Positions 53,565 to 64,000 of a DNA stretch of 64,000 nt are shown one piece after another. A program made the position numbers and the translations under genes. Origin of the DNA: an uncultured Chloroflexia bacterium (GTDB lineage: Bacteria > Chloroflexota > Limnocylindria > Limnocylindrales > CSP1-4). Position 1 is the stretch's first letter, and each line of letters starts with the position of its first letter. Under the pieces are notes generated by a model that was given only the letters and a program-made list of their open reading frames with translations, was not told where the DNA came from and searched no databases. The stretch spans positions 765,875-829,874 of the forward strand of contig CAVZON010000001.1 of the NCBI GenBank assembly GCA_963776925.1. The letters are read 5' to 3'.

Positions 53565-56500
53565 CTACCCGGCCAGGTCGAGGCGGACCGCGATCGCCGC
53601 GGCTTCGGTCCGGCTGGTCACCCCGAGCTTGCCCAGGATGTTGGACACGTGGACGCCCGCGGTGCTCTCGCTGATGAACAGCTCCGTCCCGATCTGGCGG
53701 TTGGTGTAGCCCCGCGCGACGAGCGTCAGGACGGCGCGCTCGCGCTCGGTCAGCCCGAACGGATCGGCGTCGGCCTCGACGACCGGCGTGGGCGCGTCGG
53801 CCTCCAGGCTCATCCGGCTGCGCGTCGCGAGCGACCGACAGGCGTCGACGATGGGCGTCGCGCCGAGACTCGACGCGATCCGGTAGGCGTCGCTGAGCGA
53901 TGTCTGGGCGAGGGCCCGGTCTCCGCCGGCCGCCGCGGCCTCCGCGGCACGCCAGCCGGCGTACGCAGCCAGCGGGGGACGGCCGATGGCCGACCATTCC
54001 ACGGCCACGCGCCGCCACGACGTGGCGTCGTCCGCGCCCATCGCCCGTGCCACCTCGGCGGTCGTCGTGGCGACCTCGGCGTCGGCCTCGCGCCGCGCCG
54101 GCCCGTCGGCCGGCCACGCGGCGAGGAGGTCGGGCAGTCCCGCGACCAGCTCGGCGGCCCGTGACGCCGCCTCGGTCCGCGGTCTCCGGACGCCGCCGGG
54201 CCCGCTCGAGCGTGGCGAGGTCGGCCGCCGCCCGCACGCCGAGACGGATGAGTCGGAGCGTCGGCCAGCGTCCACTCGACACCCGCCAGCTGGAGGAGCC
54301 CCGCATCGGCCGCCTGGAGGGCTTCGGCCGGACGACCCGCCGAGAGCTCATGCTCGATCCGGGCGACCCAGTACGGGCCGTGGAACTGGGACTCGACGGG
54401 GGTGTCGCGGAGGAGGTCCCACAGTTCGTCGAGGGCGGCCGCCGCGCTGGGGTCACCCGTCCCGACGAGCAGCTGGACATGCCGGCCGAGCTCGTAGCGG
54501 CGGGTCTGCGGGCTGGTGTACTCGTGGACGAACGGGTCGTCCATGTACCGCCGGGCGTCGTCCCAGCGGCCGATCTCGACCGAGGTGAGGACCGCATCGG
54601 CACGGACGAACCGTCCGTACGTGCTGGACGCCCCGGCCTCCGTCACGGCCCGCAGTCCCGCCTCCAGGACGTCGAGGCCCATCTCCGGACGGCCGCACCG
54701 GATGAACCCCTCGGCGCGGTTGATGTGGCACCGCCCCAGGTCGTCCGGGTCCACGGGTCTCCAGCGCGATGGCCAGGGCGATCGCGGACTCTGCCTCCGA
54801 TTCCGCGCACTGCCACGTCGCGGACAGCGCGAGGCCCTTCGTCGCGCGGGCGTGACCCTCGATCGGGCGCGCGCCGGTGGCGACCGCGAGGTCGATGGCC
54901 GCGTCGGCGACCTCGATCGACTCCCCCAGCCGGTCCGTCAGCATGAGCAGCTTGGCGTGGCCGGCCAGGACCCTGGCCCGTTCGGGCGTCCGGGAGTCGC
55001 TCGGCATCGTGGCCACGGCCCGCTCTGACATCGGGATGGCCTCCTCGGTCAGCCCGTGGTGCCACAGCGCCTGGGAGAGCTGCGCGAGCAGGACGGAGGC
55101 CCGGACCGGATCGACCGCCGGGTCGATCGCCTCGGCCGCCTCGCGACGCCAGGCGACGGCCTGGCGAGCGTCGCCCATCAGCCAGGCGGCCTGCGCGGCC
55201 CGGGTCAGGAGCGTCACGCGATCCATCCCGGCCACCGCCTCCGGGTCCTCGGCCGCTGCCCAGCCATCGATGGCCCGTTCGAACTGGCGACGTGCCTCGG
55301 CGAAGGCGAACATGTCCGCGGCGGCGGATCCGGCCCGGACCGATGCCTCGAAGGCCGGCCCGGACTCGTGCGCTGCGGACCAGTGCGCCGCGAGCGTCGA
55401 CCAGTGGGCCGCCGCGTCCGCGCCGGAACCGGCCGGTCGAGCGGCCAGCGCCTCGGCCATCCGCCGGTGCAGCCGCCGCCGCTCCGCCGGCAGGAGCAGG
55501 TCATACGCGGCTTCCTGCAGCAGGGCGTGCCGGAAGGCATAGCGTTCGCGACCGCCGGGCCCGGCGTCGATGACGAGGAGTTGCCGTTCGATGGCCCCGC
55601 GAAGCCCGTCCAGGAGCAGGTCATCGGGCACGTCGGCGACCGCGACGAGCAGGTCGTGGTCGATCGTGCGGCCGGCGACGGCGATGACGCCGATCACGGT
55701 CTGGGCTGACGGCGGTACGGCCGCGAGGCGCGCGGTCAGGATGTCCTGCAGCGTCGGGGGCAGGCGGCCGTCCCCGGTCTCGCGACCGTAGGACCCGGCC
55801 GCCATGACCAGCTCCTCGACGAAGAACGGGTTGCCGTCCGACCGGTCATGGATCGTCTGGAGGTCGCCGGCGGAGAACGCCGCGCCGTGGACGGCGGTGT
55901 CGGCGGCCATGGCGGTCACCAACCGCGACGTGCCGGCCGGATCGAGTCGGCCGAGATCCAGCCGGCGGGTGCGACCGCTGCGCGCCACCTCGGCCAGCCA
56001 CGGCACGAGCGGATGCCGCCGGAACAGGTCGTCGGAGCGGACGGTCAGGACGAGGAGGACGCGCTCGTCGCGGAGGTTCCGGATGAGGAATGCCAGCGCG
56101 TCGCGCGTGGCCGGGTCCGCCCAGTGCAGGTCCTCGACGATGACGACGACGGGACCGCGCTCGGCCAGTCGCTGGAGCGTGCCAAGGAGAGCCTCCAGGA
56201 TGCGGCTCTGGGTGGAGCCGACACCGATCGACTCGGCATCGGGCCGGGCGACCGACGGTCCGAGCGCCGGGATCAGCCGGGCGAGGTCGGTGGTGGCCGC
56301 CCCGACCACCAGCGGCCAGCGCGTCGGGTCCCAGCACGGCCGGCAGCGGTCGGAGCGCTTCGACGAGCGCCCCGTACGGCACGTCGCCATCGCCGAGATC
56401 GGTGGCCGATCCCCACAGGACGAGGCAGTCGCGGCCTTCCGCCATCCGGCGCAGCTCCTCGACCAGGCGCGTCTTGCCGATACCCGCCTCGCCGCTGATG

Positions 56501-56643
56501 ACGAGATGGGCGGGGGGCCGGGCCGCGTCGAGCGCGGCGCTGTCGAGCGCGACCGCGTCGAGCGCCTCGGAGATGATCTCGAGCTCCGGCTCGCGGGAGA
56601 CGATCGCGGAGGTGACGGTCCGGACGGCCATGCCCTCGATCAT
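53565..56643 (-). CDS. Second large ATP-binding LuxR-family (LAL) regulator. At least 3 frameshifts.
   Basis: N-terminus MIEGMAVRTVTSAIVSREPELEIISEALDAV...HLVISGEAGIGKTRLVEELRRMA (Walker A). Long TPR-like middle over 4 minus ORFs. C-terminus ...LTERERAVLTLVARGYTNRQIGTELFISESTAGVHVSNILGKLGVTSR. Confidence 0.8.
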
Positions 56644-56673
56644 AGGACCGGGGGCGATCGATCGGACCACCGG

Positions 56674-56901
56674 TCAGGCGATCGCCCCCACGAGCAGGAC
56701 CTGCAGGCGGTGGAGCCAGGTCGCCGCCGGGAGGGCGGCGAGCCGGGCACGGAGTCGCGGGCTGGGCGGCATCGGCGGCAGCGGCGCCGGGGACGGTGGC
56801 CACGACGTGCGAGTCGACCGGGCGAGCGCCCAGGACGCGAAGGTGCGTTCGCGCTCCGCCTGCCGGTCGCGGGCCATGGTCTCGAACTGCAGTGCGTTCA
56901 T
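56674..56901 (-). CDS. Small hypothetical protein (75 aa, MNALQFETMARDRQAERERTFASWAL...).
   Basis: GGAGGA sits 7 nt upstream of the ATG at 56901. This is the downstream part of the 56674..57402 ORF. The antisense strand is Arg/Ser-rich junk. No family recognised. Confidence 0.3.
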   Translation of the reverse strand: MNALQFETMARDRQAERERTFASWALARSTRTSWPPSPAPLPPMPPSPRLRARLAALPAATWLHRLQVLLVGAIA

Positions 56902-57157
56902 CGTCGTGTCCTCCAGGTGCCCATCCGCGGTCGGGTGGGTCGAGAGGAGCATCCGTCCCGCACCCCGCCGGAGACATCGGGCGACCGGTCCGTCCTTGCG
57001 ACCGCGAGCCTTCATCTCGGCCGGCCGACCCTTTAGGCGGTGCGTCGAGGCAGAAAGGCACCCGGCGGGCCATCCGCGACCACCGCATGAGACGCCGTTG
57101 CGGAGAACGGGACGGCGTGCGCTGCCTCGCATCGGGCGCCCGTAGGCTCGGCCCCCG

Positions 57158-58273
57158 ATGACGGCCCCCACCGACGCATCCCCCGCCGAGATCCGCCTCA
57201 TCGACCTGGAGAAGCGCTTCGGTGCCGTCCGGGCGGTCGACGGCGTATCCCTCGACGTCCAGGCGGGCGAATTCTTCTCGCTGCTCGGGCCGTCGGGCTG
57301 TGGCAAGACCACGACCCTGCGGATGATCGGCGGTTTCGAGCTTCCGACCGCCGGCCGGATCCTGCTGCGCGATCGCGACATCACGATGGACCCACCGGAC
57401 AAGCGTCCCGGTGAACATGGTCTTCCAGAACTACGCGCTGTTCCCGCACCTCGACGTCGGCAGCAACGTGGCCTTCGGGCTGAAGCGCCGCAAGGTCCCG
57501 GATGCCGACATCAAGCGGCGCGTCGGCGGAGGCCCTCGCCCTCGTCCACCTGGAGGGCTACGAGCGGCGCAAGCCGAACCAGCTCTCGGGCGGCCAGCAG
57601 CAGCGGGTCGCGCTGGCGCGGGCCCTGGTCAACCGGCCCACGGTGCTGCTCCTCGATGAGCCCCTCGGCGCGCTCGACCTCAAGCTCCGCCGCCAGCTCC
57701 AGCTCGAGCTGAAGCGCATCCAGCACGAGGTCGGCATCACGTTCGTGTACGTGACCCACGACCAGGAAGAGGCGCTCACGATGAGCGACCGGATCGCGAT
57801 CATGTCGAACGGCCGTCTCGAGCAGCTCGGGCACGCCGGAGGAGCTGTACGAGCGCCCCGCGACCCGCTTCGTGGCGGACTTCATCGGCACGACCAACCT
57901 GCTGCACGGGACCGTCGAGGCCGACGGGCGCGTCCGGCTGGACAACGGCGAGCTCGTGCGCATCGCCCATGACGGCATCCCGGCCGGGCAGACCATCGAG
58001 GTCAGCCTGCGACCGGAGTCGATCGACCTCGTCCCCGCCGAGGCGGAGGGCGCCCTGCCGGGGACCGTCGACCAGGCGGCCTACCTCGGGACCACGATGT
58101 CGTACCAGGTCCGCACCGCGGGCGGACTCATCCTTTCCGTCCTTGCCACCAAGTCCGGGGTCCGACTCCCGGTCGGGAGCGCGGTGGCTGTCAGTTGGTC
58201 GCCGTCGGATGCCCTCGTGCTGGGGGCAGGTCCGGCGTCGAGCGAACCCATCGAGCAGGAGGACCCCTCGTGA
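57158..58273 (+). CDS. potA: Spermidine/putrescine ABC transporter ATP-binding protein. Three frameshifts.
   Basis: Walker [10 protein letters not shown], signature [15 protein letters not shown], Walker B LLLDEPL, H-loop VTHDQEEA. C-terminal TOBE-like domain ...[10 protein letters not shown]... Confidence 0.85.
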
Positions 58274-59499
58274 CCCATCGATACGACGGCTCGAGCATCG
58301 ACCTCGAGCGCGAGCTCACCCGCTACATGGTCCGCGAGCGCATCACCCGACGGACGATGCTGGAGCGCATCGGCAAGGTCGGCGCGGCCGCCGCACTCGC
58401 GCCGGTCATCGCCGCGTGCACCAGTGCCGGGGCCAGCAGCGCGCCGTCGGCGGCCGCGTCGGCCGCATCCGCCGCGCCATCGGCCACGGCCGCCGGCGCG
58501 GTCGAGTCGGCCGCCCCGACCCCGGTCCCCTCCCCCGAGGACGAGCTGTTCATCTACAACTGGACGGACTACCTCGGCGAGGGCGTCATCGAGTCGTTCG
58601 AGGAGCAGTACGGGGTCAAGGTCACCCAGGACTTCTTCTCCAACACCGAAGAGGCGTACGCCAAGCTCGGCAGCGACGGTGGCGGCTACGACATCTCGTT
58701 CCCGATCTCGGTCGACATCCCGGCGTTCATCGAGAAGGGCGCCCTGCTGACGCTCGACAAGAGGCTCCTGACGAACATCGGCAACCTCGGCACGGAGTGG
58801 TCCGATCCGGGCTACGACCCGGGCAACGCCCACTCGGTCCCGTACATGTGGTGGACGACGGGCATCGGCTACGACTCGACGAAGGTGACCGACTCGCCGA
58901 CCAGCAGCAAGGCCCTGTGGGATCCGCGCTACGACGGCCACATCTCGATGCTCGATGACTTCCAGGAGGTCTTCGCGCTGGCCCTCATCCAGCTCGGCTA
59001 CTCGGCCAACACCACCGATACGACCCAGATGGACGAGGCCCTGGCCCTGCTCGAGCAGCAGAAGCCGCTGGTCCGCGTCTACAGCACGGACACCATCGGG
59101 ACGATGAGCTCGGGCGACGTGTGGATCGGCCACATCTGGGGCGCGGACACGTTCGCCATCCAGGAAGAGAACGAGAACGTCCTCTACTACATCCCCGAGG
59201 AAGGCGGCGTGAAGGGCTCCGACACGCTGGCCATCTTCTCCGGCGCGCAGCACCCGATCGCGGCGCACCTGTTCCTGAACCACATGCTCGACGCCGAGGT
59301 CTCGGCGGCCAACACGAACTACATCTACTACATGGGCCCCAACGCCGCGGCCAAGGAGTTCATCGACCCGGCCATCCTCGAGGACCCGGCGCTCAACCCG
59401 GACCAGGAGATCGTCGCCAAGCTCGAGGAGCTGCTCGACCTCGGCCCGGAGGTGCGCGACGAGTACCTGACCCGCTGGCAGACGCTGCGTGGCGGTTGA
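58270..59499 (+). CDS. potD: Spermidine/putrescine-binding lipoprotein (PotD family) with Tat-like signal.
   Basis: AGGAGG RBS and GTG at 58270 overlapping the potA stop (GTGA). ...ITRRTMLERIGKVGAAAALAPVIAAC (RR motif plus lipobox). ...LFIYNWTDYLGEGVIESFEEQYGVKVTQDFFSNTEEAYAKL... Intact. Confidence 0.85.
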   Translation: MTHRYDGSSIDLERELTRYMVRERITRRTMLERIGKVGAAAALAPVIAACTSAGASSAPSAAASAASAAPSATAAGAVESAAPTPVPSPEDELFIYNWTDYLGEGVIESFEEQYGVKVTQDFFSNTEEAYAKLGSDGGGYDISFPISVDIPAFIEKGALLTLDKRLLTNIGNLGTEWSDPGYDPGNAHSVPYMWWTTGIGYDSTKVTDSPTSSKALWDPRYDGHISMLDDFQEVFALALIQLGYSANTTDTTQMDEALALLEQQKPLVRVYSTDTIGTMSSGDVWIGHIWGADTFAIQEENENVLYYIPEEGGVKGSDTLAIFSGAQHPIAAHLFLNHMLDAEVSAANTNYIYYMGPNAAAKEFIDPAILEDPALNPDQEIVAKLEELLDLGPEVRDEYLTRWQTLRGG

Positions 59500-60397
59500 G
59501 GCGACGGCCCGACCGGCTGCCTCGGCGGACCAGTCGGTCCGCGCCCCGCTCATCGAACGCCTCACCTCGGCGATCCTCGTCGTCCCGGCGGTCGCCTGGC
59601 TCGTCCTGTTCTTCGTGGTGCCGCTCGGGCTGATCCTGCTGGTCAGCCTGGGCAGCACCGACGAGCTGGACCGGATCGTCTACGACCCGCTGACCCTGGA
59701 CAACTACCGCCGGGCGCTCGATCCGGCGTTCCTGCCGACGTTCTTCAACTCGCTCCGCTACGCCGGCGCGACGACGATCCTGTGCCTGGCCATCGGCTAC
59801 CCGATCGCCTACTGGATCAGCCGCTACGGCGGGCGGCACAAGGCGCTCCTGCTCATCCTCGTGATGCTGCCGTTCTGGACGAGCTACCTGATCCGCACGT
59901 ACGCCTGGATGATCATCCTGCGCGACAACGGGGTCGCCAACTCGATCCTCCAGGCGCTCGGCCTCACGAGCGAGCCGATCATCCTGCTCAACACCGACTT
60001 CTCGGTCATCCTCGGCATGACCTACGGGTTCCTGCCGTTCGCGATCCTGCCGCTGTACGTCTCGATCGACCGGCTCGACCCGGCCCTCGTCCCGGCCGCG
60101 CGCGACCTGTACGCCAGCGGACGCCAGGCGTTCCGCCACGTCACGCTGCCGCTGACGATGCCGGGCATCGTGGCCGCCTCGATCCTGACGTTCATCCCGT
60201 CGATCGGCGACTTCGTGACCCCCGACCTGCTCGGCGGCGCCGAGACGACGACCATCGCCAAGGTGGTCCAGGAGCTGTTCCTCGAGGGCCGCGACTGGCC
60301 GTACGGCGCCGCGCTCGGGTTCGTCCTCATGGTCATCACCCTGGGCGGCACGTTCCTCGCCCTGCGGCCGCTCCGCCGGGAAGTGGTGGGGGCGTGA
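59489..60397 (+). CDS. potB: Polyamine ABC transporter permease PotB.
   Basis: Intact 302-aa ORF. EAA-type loop ...DLYASGRQAFRHVTLPLTMPGIVAA. Confidence 0.9.
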   Translation: MAVEATARPAASADQSVRAPLIERLTSAILVVPAVAWLVLFFVVPLGLILLVSLGSTDELDRIVYDPLTLDNYRRALDPAFLPTFFNSLRYAGATTILCLAIGYPIAYWISRYGGRHKALLLILVMLPFWTSYLIRTYAWMIILRDNGVANSILQALGLTSEPIILLNTDFSVILGMTYGFLPFAILPLYVSIDRLDPALVPAARDLYASGRQAFRHVTLPLTMPGIVAASILTFIPSIGDFVTPDLLGGAETTTIAKVVQELFLEGRDWPYGAALGFVLMVITLGGTFLALRPLRREVVGA

Positions 60398-60401
60398 CCC
60401 G

Positions 60402-61208
60402 ATGACCGGCCGGAACCGCTGGCTGACCGCGTTCGCCGTCGCGACCTATGCGTTCCTGTTCGCCCCGATCGTCGTCCTCATCGCGTTCTCGTTCAACGAC
60501 TCGAAGCGGAACTTCCAGTGGAAGGGCTTCACCCTCGACTGGTATCCGACCGTGTTCGAGAACGAGGACCTGCTCGAGGCACTCGTCGTCACGCTCCAGG
60601 TCGCCTTCGTGGCGGTCCTCGTGTCGACCGTCCTCGGGACGCTCCTGGGGCTCGCCCTCGCGCGGCGTCGCTTCCGCGGCAAGACCGCCACCGAGACCCT
60701 GCTGCTCGTGCCGATGGTCACGCCGGAGATCGTGATGGGCCTCAGCCTGCTCATCTTCTTCTTCACGGCGGTCAACGGACGCGGCGGCTTCTGGCAGCTG
60801 TCGATCGCGCACATCACGTTCTGCGTGAGCTACGTGGCCATCGTCGTGCGCGCCCGGGCGGCGGGCATGGACCCGCGCCTCGAGGAGGCGGCGCGCGACC
60901 TCGGCGCGACGGCGCTCGGCGCGTTCCGGTACGTCACGCTGCCGCTCATCGCCCCGGCCGTCATCAGCGGGGCGCTGCTCGCCTTCGCCCTGTCGTTCGA
61001 CGACTACGTGGTGACGACGTTCAACGCCGGCGTCGGCTCGTCGACGCTGCCGCTGTACATCTACGGCAAGGTCAAGTTCGGGGTCACCCCCGAGATCAAC
61101 GCCATCTCGACGATCATCGTGGCCGTGACCGCGATCGTCATCCTGGCCGCCTGGCGGATCAACACCCGCCGTGACGCCCAGACGAAGGCGGCACTCGCCG
61201 CCGGATGA
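60402..61208 (+). CDS. potC: Polyamine ABC transporter permease PotC.
   Basis: Intact 268-aa ORF. ...AARDLGATALGAFRYVTLPLIAPAV. Confidence 0.9.
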   Translation: MTGRNRWLTAFAVATYAFLFAPIVVLIAFSFNDSKRNFQWKGFTLDWYPTVFENEDLLEALVVTLQVAFVAVLVSTVLGTLLGLALARRRFRGKTATETLLLVPMVTPEIVMGLSLLIFFFTAVNGRGGFWQLSIAHITFCVSYVAIVVRARAAGMDPRLEEAARDLGATALGAFRYVTLPLIAPAVISGALLAFALSFDDYVVTTFNAGVGSSTLPLYIYGKVKFGVTPEINAISTIIVAVTAIVILAAWRINTRRDAQTKAALAAG

Positions 61209-61261
61209 CGCGCGCGATCGCCGGCGTCAGCCGGCGGGGAGCTGCGCGAGGGCCGCCGGCG

Positions 61262-61657
61262 CTAGCCTGCGGGGAGCTGCGCGAGCGCCTCGACCTCGAC
61301 GAGGCATTCCGGCCGGCCGAGCGCGGCGACGCGCACGACCGTGACCGCGGTCGGGTGCTGACCCCAGACCGCCGCTGCGGCACCGTAGGCCGCCTCGAGG
61401 TCGACGTCGGCCTGCAGGAAGATGGTCAGCTTGGCCACGTCGGCCTGCGACGCGCCCGCCGTCTCCAGCACCGTCAGGACGTTGCGCAGGGCCTGGGCCG
61501 ACTGCTCGCCCGGATCGTCGCTGACGACCGCGCCCTCGGCGTCGACGCCATTCTGGCCGCCCACGATGAGCAGGCTTCCGCCGCCGTCGATGCGAACGCC
61601 CTGGGAGAAGGCCGGGTTCGTGTGCAGCCCGGCAGGGTTGAGATGGGTCAGGGACAT
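61262..61657 (-). CDS. RidA/YjgF family (reactive intermediate deaminase) protein.
   Basis: GGAGGT RBS. MSLTHLNPAGLHTNPAFSQGVRIDGGGSLLIVGGQNGVDAEGAVVSDDPGEQSAQALRNVLTVLETAGASQADVAKLTIFL... 132 aa. The listed ORF (to 63052) is an artefactual extension. Confidence 0.8.
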   Translation of the reverse strand: MSLTHLNPAGLHTNPAFSQGVRIDGGGSLLIVGGQNGVDAEGAVVSDDPGEQSAQALRNVLTVLETAGASQADVAKLTIFLQADVDLEAAYGAAAAVWGQHPTAVTVVRVAALGRPECLVEVEALAQLPAG

Positions 61658-61875
61658 GGGGACCTCCGTGGTGGGTCCCGTCAGCCTACGAGCGACCGTC
61701 CGGGCGGCGCGACGCCCCGGACGGAAGCCCCGTTGCAGGCGCGTGCCAGACCGTGCCGGTCGCAGGCGGCGCCATCGGAGAGGCCGCGGTCCGTCCGGGC
61801 ACACGCTGGTCGGGCTGCTCACGGTCATACGCGTCGTCCAGGTCGACTCGCCACCGGCGGAGCCGCGAACGGGCG

Positions 61876-62856
61876 TCAGCTCGGGAGCAGGCCGCGACCG
61901 TCGAGCCATGCGAGCTGTTCCGCATGGTGCTGGAGCTCCCCAGCCTCGTGGCCGCTGTACGGCCAGACACGCAGCGCCTTGGGCCCGGCGTAGTGGTTGA
62001 AGGCGGCGTACACGGTCGATGGCGGCGTGATCTTGTCCGTCAGGCCCACCGAGAAGAGTGCCGGCACCCGGGACCGTCGGGCGAAGTTGACGCCGTCGAC
62101 ATAGCGCACGGTCGCCAGCGTGGCCTCGACCTTGTCGCGATGGACCGCGAGGTACCGGGCGAGCTCGGCGTAGGGCATCTCGTCGGTGATGGTGATGGCG
62201 CGCTCGATATCGCACAGGAACGGGACGTCGATGAGAGCCGCCAGGAGGTCCGGCACGAGCGCGGCGACGGCCAGCGCCATGCCGCCACCCTGACTCGCCC
62301 CGGTCACGAGGGTCCGTGTCGGATCGGCCGAGGGATGCGACCGCACCGCGTCCACGGCGCGCACGGCGTCCGTGTACAGCCGTCGGTAGTAGTGGGTGGT
62401 CGGGTCGGCCACGCCCTTGGTCACGAAGCCCGGGTACTGCGGACCCTGGTCGTCGGCGCGATCCGGCGTATCGCCGGGCGACCAGGCGCTGCCCTGTCCG
62501 CGCGTATCCATGACCAGGGTCAGGAAGCCGGCAGACGGCCACAGCAGCCAATCGTACGGCAGGCTGCGCCCGCCGCCGTACCCGACGTATTGCACGACGG
62601 CAGGCAGGGCTCGTGCGCCGGTCTCTCGCGGCTTGATGATCCAGGCCCGGATCGGCTGGCCGTCGAAGCCGCGGAAGCTGGCGTCCTCGACGTCGACCGT
62701 GGCGAGGCGCGCGGCGAACGGCTGCCCCTCCAGGCCGATGCGGTGCGCACGAGCCGCCGCGAGCGTGGCCGCCCAGGACGCGTCGAAGTCGGCAGGTTCG
62801 GGGATGTCGGGTCGGTAGCGCTCCAGTTCGCTCGGCGCGAGGTCGAACCAGGTCAT
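61876..62856 (-). CDS. Acetylxylan esterase / cephalosporin-C deacetylase (carbohydrate esterase family 7).
   Basis: Intact 326-aa ORF. ...YVGYGGGRS...TLVTGASQGGGMALAVAAL (GxSQG nucleophile) ...VPFLCD... ...HEAG... The ATG overlaps the upstream kinase stop (ATGA). Confidence 0.85.
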   Translation of the reverse strand: MTWFDLAPSELERYRPDIPEPADFDASWAATLAAARAHRIGLEGQPFAARLATVDVEDASFRGFDGQPIRAWIIKPRETGARALPAVVQYVGYGGGRSLPYDWLLWPSAGFLTLVMDTRGQGSAWSPGDTPDRADDQGPQYPGFVTKGVADPTTHYYRRLYTDAVRAVDAVRSHPSADPTRTLVTGASQGGGMALAVAALVPDLLAALIDVPFLCDIERAITITDEMPYAELARYLAVHRDKVEATLATVRYVDGVNFARRSRVPALFSVGLTDKITPPSTVYAAFNHYAGPKALRVWPYSGHEAGELQHHAEQLAWLDGRGLLPS

Positions 62857-64000
62857 CGTCCCGACGTCCCTGCGGCCAGCTCATGGACGACGTCCCGCGT
62901 GTCCTTGTAGAGCCGTCGGAAGTGGTCCGCGGCGAGGTCCGCCATGGCGGCTGCCCCCGGTTCCGGCTCGATGGCCTCGCGGGTCTCGACCCACGCCTCG
63001 AGGTCCGGGCGGCGGACGAGACCACCAGCCAGTCCGGCGAGGAATGCATCACCGCGTGCCGCCCCGATCGTGTCGGTCGGGAGCGTCTGGCGCAGGCCGG
63101 TCGCGTCGGTCACCGCCTGGAGCAGCCGCCGGTCGGCCGTCCCACCGCCGACGGCGACGGTCCGTCGGATGGGCACGCCGAGCGCCCGCATCGCCTCGAC
63201 GTTCGCGCGCACGGCCTGGGCGATGCCATCCACCAGGCCACGGTAGACATCGCCGCGACCCGTTTGCAGCGACAGCCCCGCGATCACCCCGCGCGCCAGC
63301 GGGTCGTTGATGGGCGTGCGTTCGCCACTCAGATATGGCAGGACCACTGGCGTCACGCCCCCCACATCGGCCCCCGCCTCGGCGGCCAGCGCGGCGTAGG
63401 CGTTGCGGCCGCCGGCCGCTTCGGCCGCCACGAGATCCGGCGCGAACTGGTCGCGGAACCACGCCAGCGCGGACCCGCCGGTGGCAAGACCCGCCGCGAT
63501 CGCCCAGGTCCCGGGTGCGGGTCCTGCCGTCGACCACAGCGGGGTCGCCTGCACGGCTCGCTCGGTCAGGAGGATGAGGAACGTCGTGCTGCCGTACATC
63601 AGCATCAGGTCACCCGGCTCGGTGACCCCGACGCTGATCGCCTCGGCCAGCGCATCGACCGTCCCGACCGCCACCGGCGTGCCGGGCGGCAGGCCGGTCT
63701 CGGCGGCCGCGACCGGACTGACGACGCCGGCGACATCGGCCGGCCAGCCGATCGGGCGGCAGGCGGTCGAGCGGGGTGATGCCGTCTGCGAAGCGGTCGG
63801 ACCAGCCGATCGTCGACGGATCGAACAGCGGGTTCCAATGCGACGCCGTGTGGGCGTCGATGCGGAGCTCCCCCGTCAATCGATACACGAGGTAGGTACT
63901 GGCCGTGACATACCAACGCGCTGCCGCGGCGACCTGGGACTCGTGCTCGACGAGCCAGGCGATCTTCGGTCCGACCGCCTGGCTGGACAGGGCCATGCCC
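62853..64000 (-). CDS. FGGY-family carbohydrate kinase (xylulokinase-like). The 5' end is beyond the window. Frameshift near 63650-63780.
   Basis: ...AWLVEHESQVAAAARWYVTASTYLVYRLTGELRIDAHTASHWNPLFD... then ...PPGTPVAVGTVDALAEAISVGVTEPGDLMLMYGSTTFLILL...VLPYLSGERTPINDPLARGVIAGLSL...VAVGGGTADRRLLQAVTDATGL. Confidence 0.75.

Overview
This is a 64 kb chromosomal window of very high-GC DNA (about 72% GC) from an Actinobacteria-type genome. Several content features point that way: a Ni-SOD with its SodX maturation peptidase, several F420-dependent enzyme families (PPOX, two LLM, DDN), lipoprotein lipoboxes, leaderless and GTG starts, and 4-nt start/stop overlaps between adjacent genes. I found no rRNA, CRISPR, transposase, integrase or phage genes. 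There is one tRNA-Gly(TCC).

From start to end the window encodes: a Ser/Thr kinase (3' end off-window); a large LuxR-family regulator; an ACT-domain protein; a DEAD-box helicase with an Arg/Gly/Pro repeat tail; a GH3 beta-glucosidase lipoprotein; a beta-propeller lipoprotein; an ANT(2'')-like nucleotidyltransferase; tRNA-Gly; FMN reductase and PPOX genes; a modA-modB operon with a ModE-like HTH-TOBE regulator; an alpha-glucan block (glgA divergent from glgP, GH57, DUF3536/GH57-like, a GntR regulator, a roughly 1,140-aa GH13-like protein); DUF885; a GNAT/proline-racemase/holin-like/decarboxylase cluster; a tandem-TPM plus DUF2207 membrane protein; an ANT(6)-like nucleotidyltransferase; a GNAT; a SnoaL-like protein; a zinc-finger-like/LysM membrane protein; sodN-sodX; two LLM oxidoreductases flanking a SIS-domain protein; a leaderless MarR plus DHA2 MFS pair; a Rieske protein; LOG; ArsC-like and DDN genes; an ACT-fusion protein; a cupredoxin lipoprotein; xth; a second MFS; a second LuxR-type regulator; potABCD; RidA; a CE7 esterase; and an FGGY kinase (5' end off-window).

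The most striking global property is an extreme density of frameshifts. Roughly 30 genes can only be reconstructed by switching reading frame one or more times. There are almost no internal stop codons. I interpret this as indel sequencing or assembly error rather than biology, and it limits every boundary call.

The most interesting candidates are: an apparently in-frame GlgP::GH57 fusion; a GNAT/proline-racemase/holin-like/PLP-decarboxylase cluster; a tandem-TPM-DUF2207 membrane protein; an N-terminal Cys/His-domain LysM membrane protein divergent from sodN; an AT-rich palindromic operator in front of the ModE-like regulator; and a near-consensus leaderless promoter for the MarR-MFS pair.
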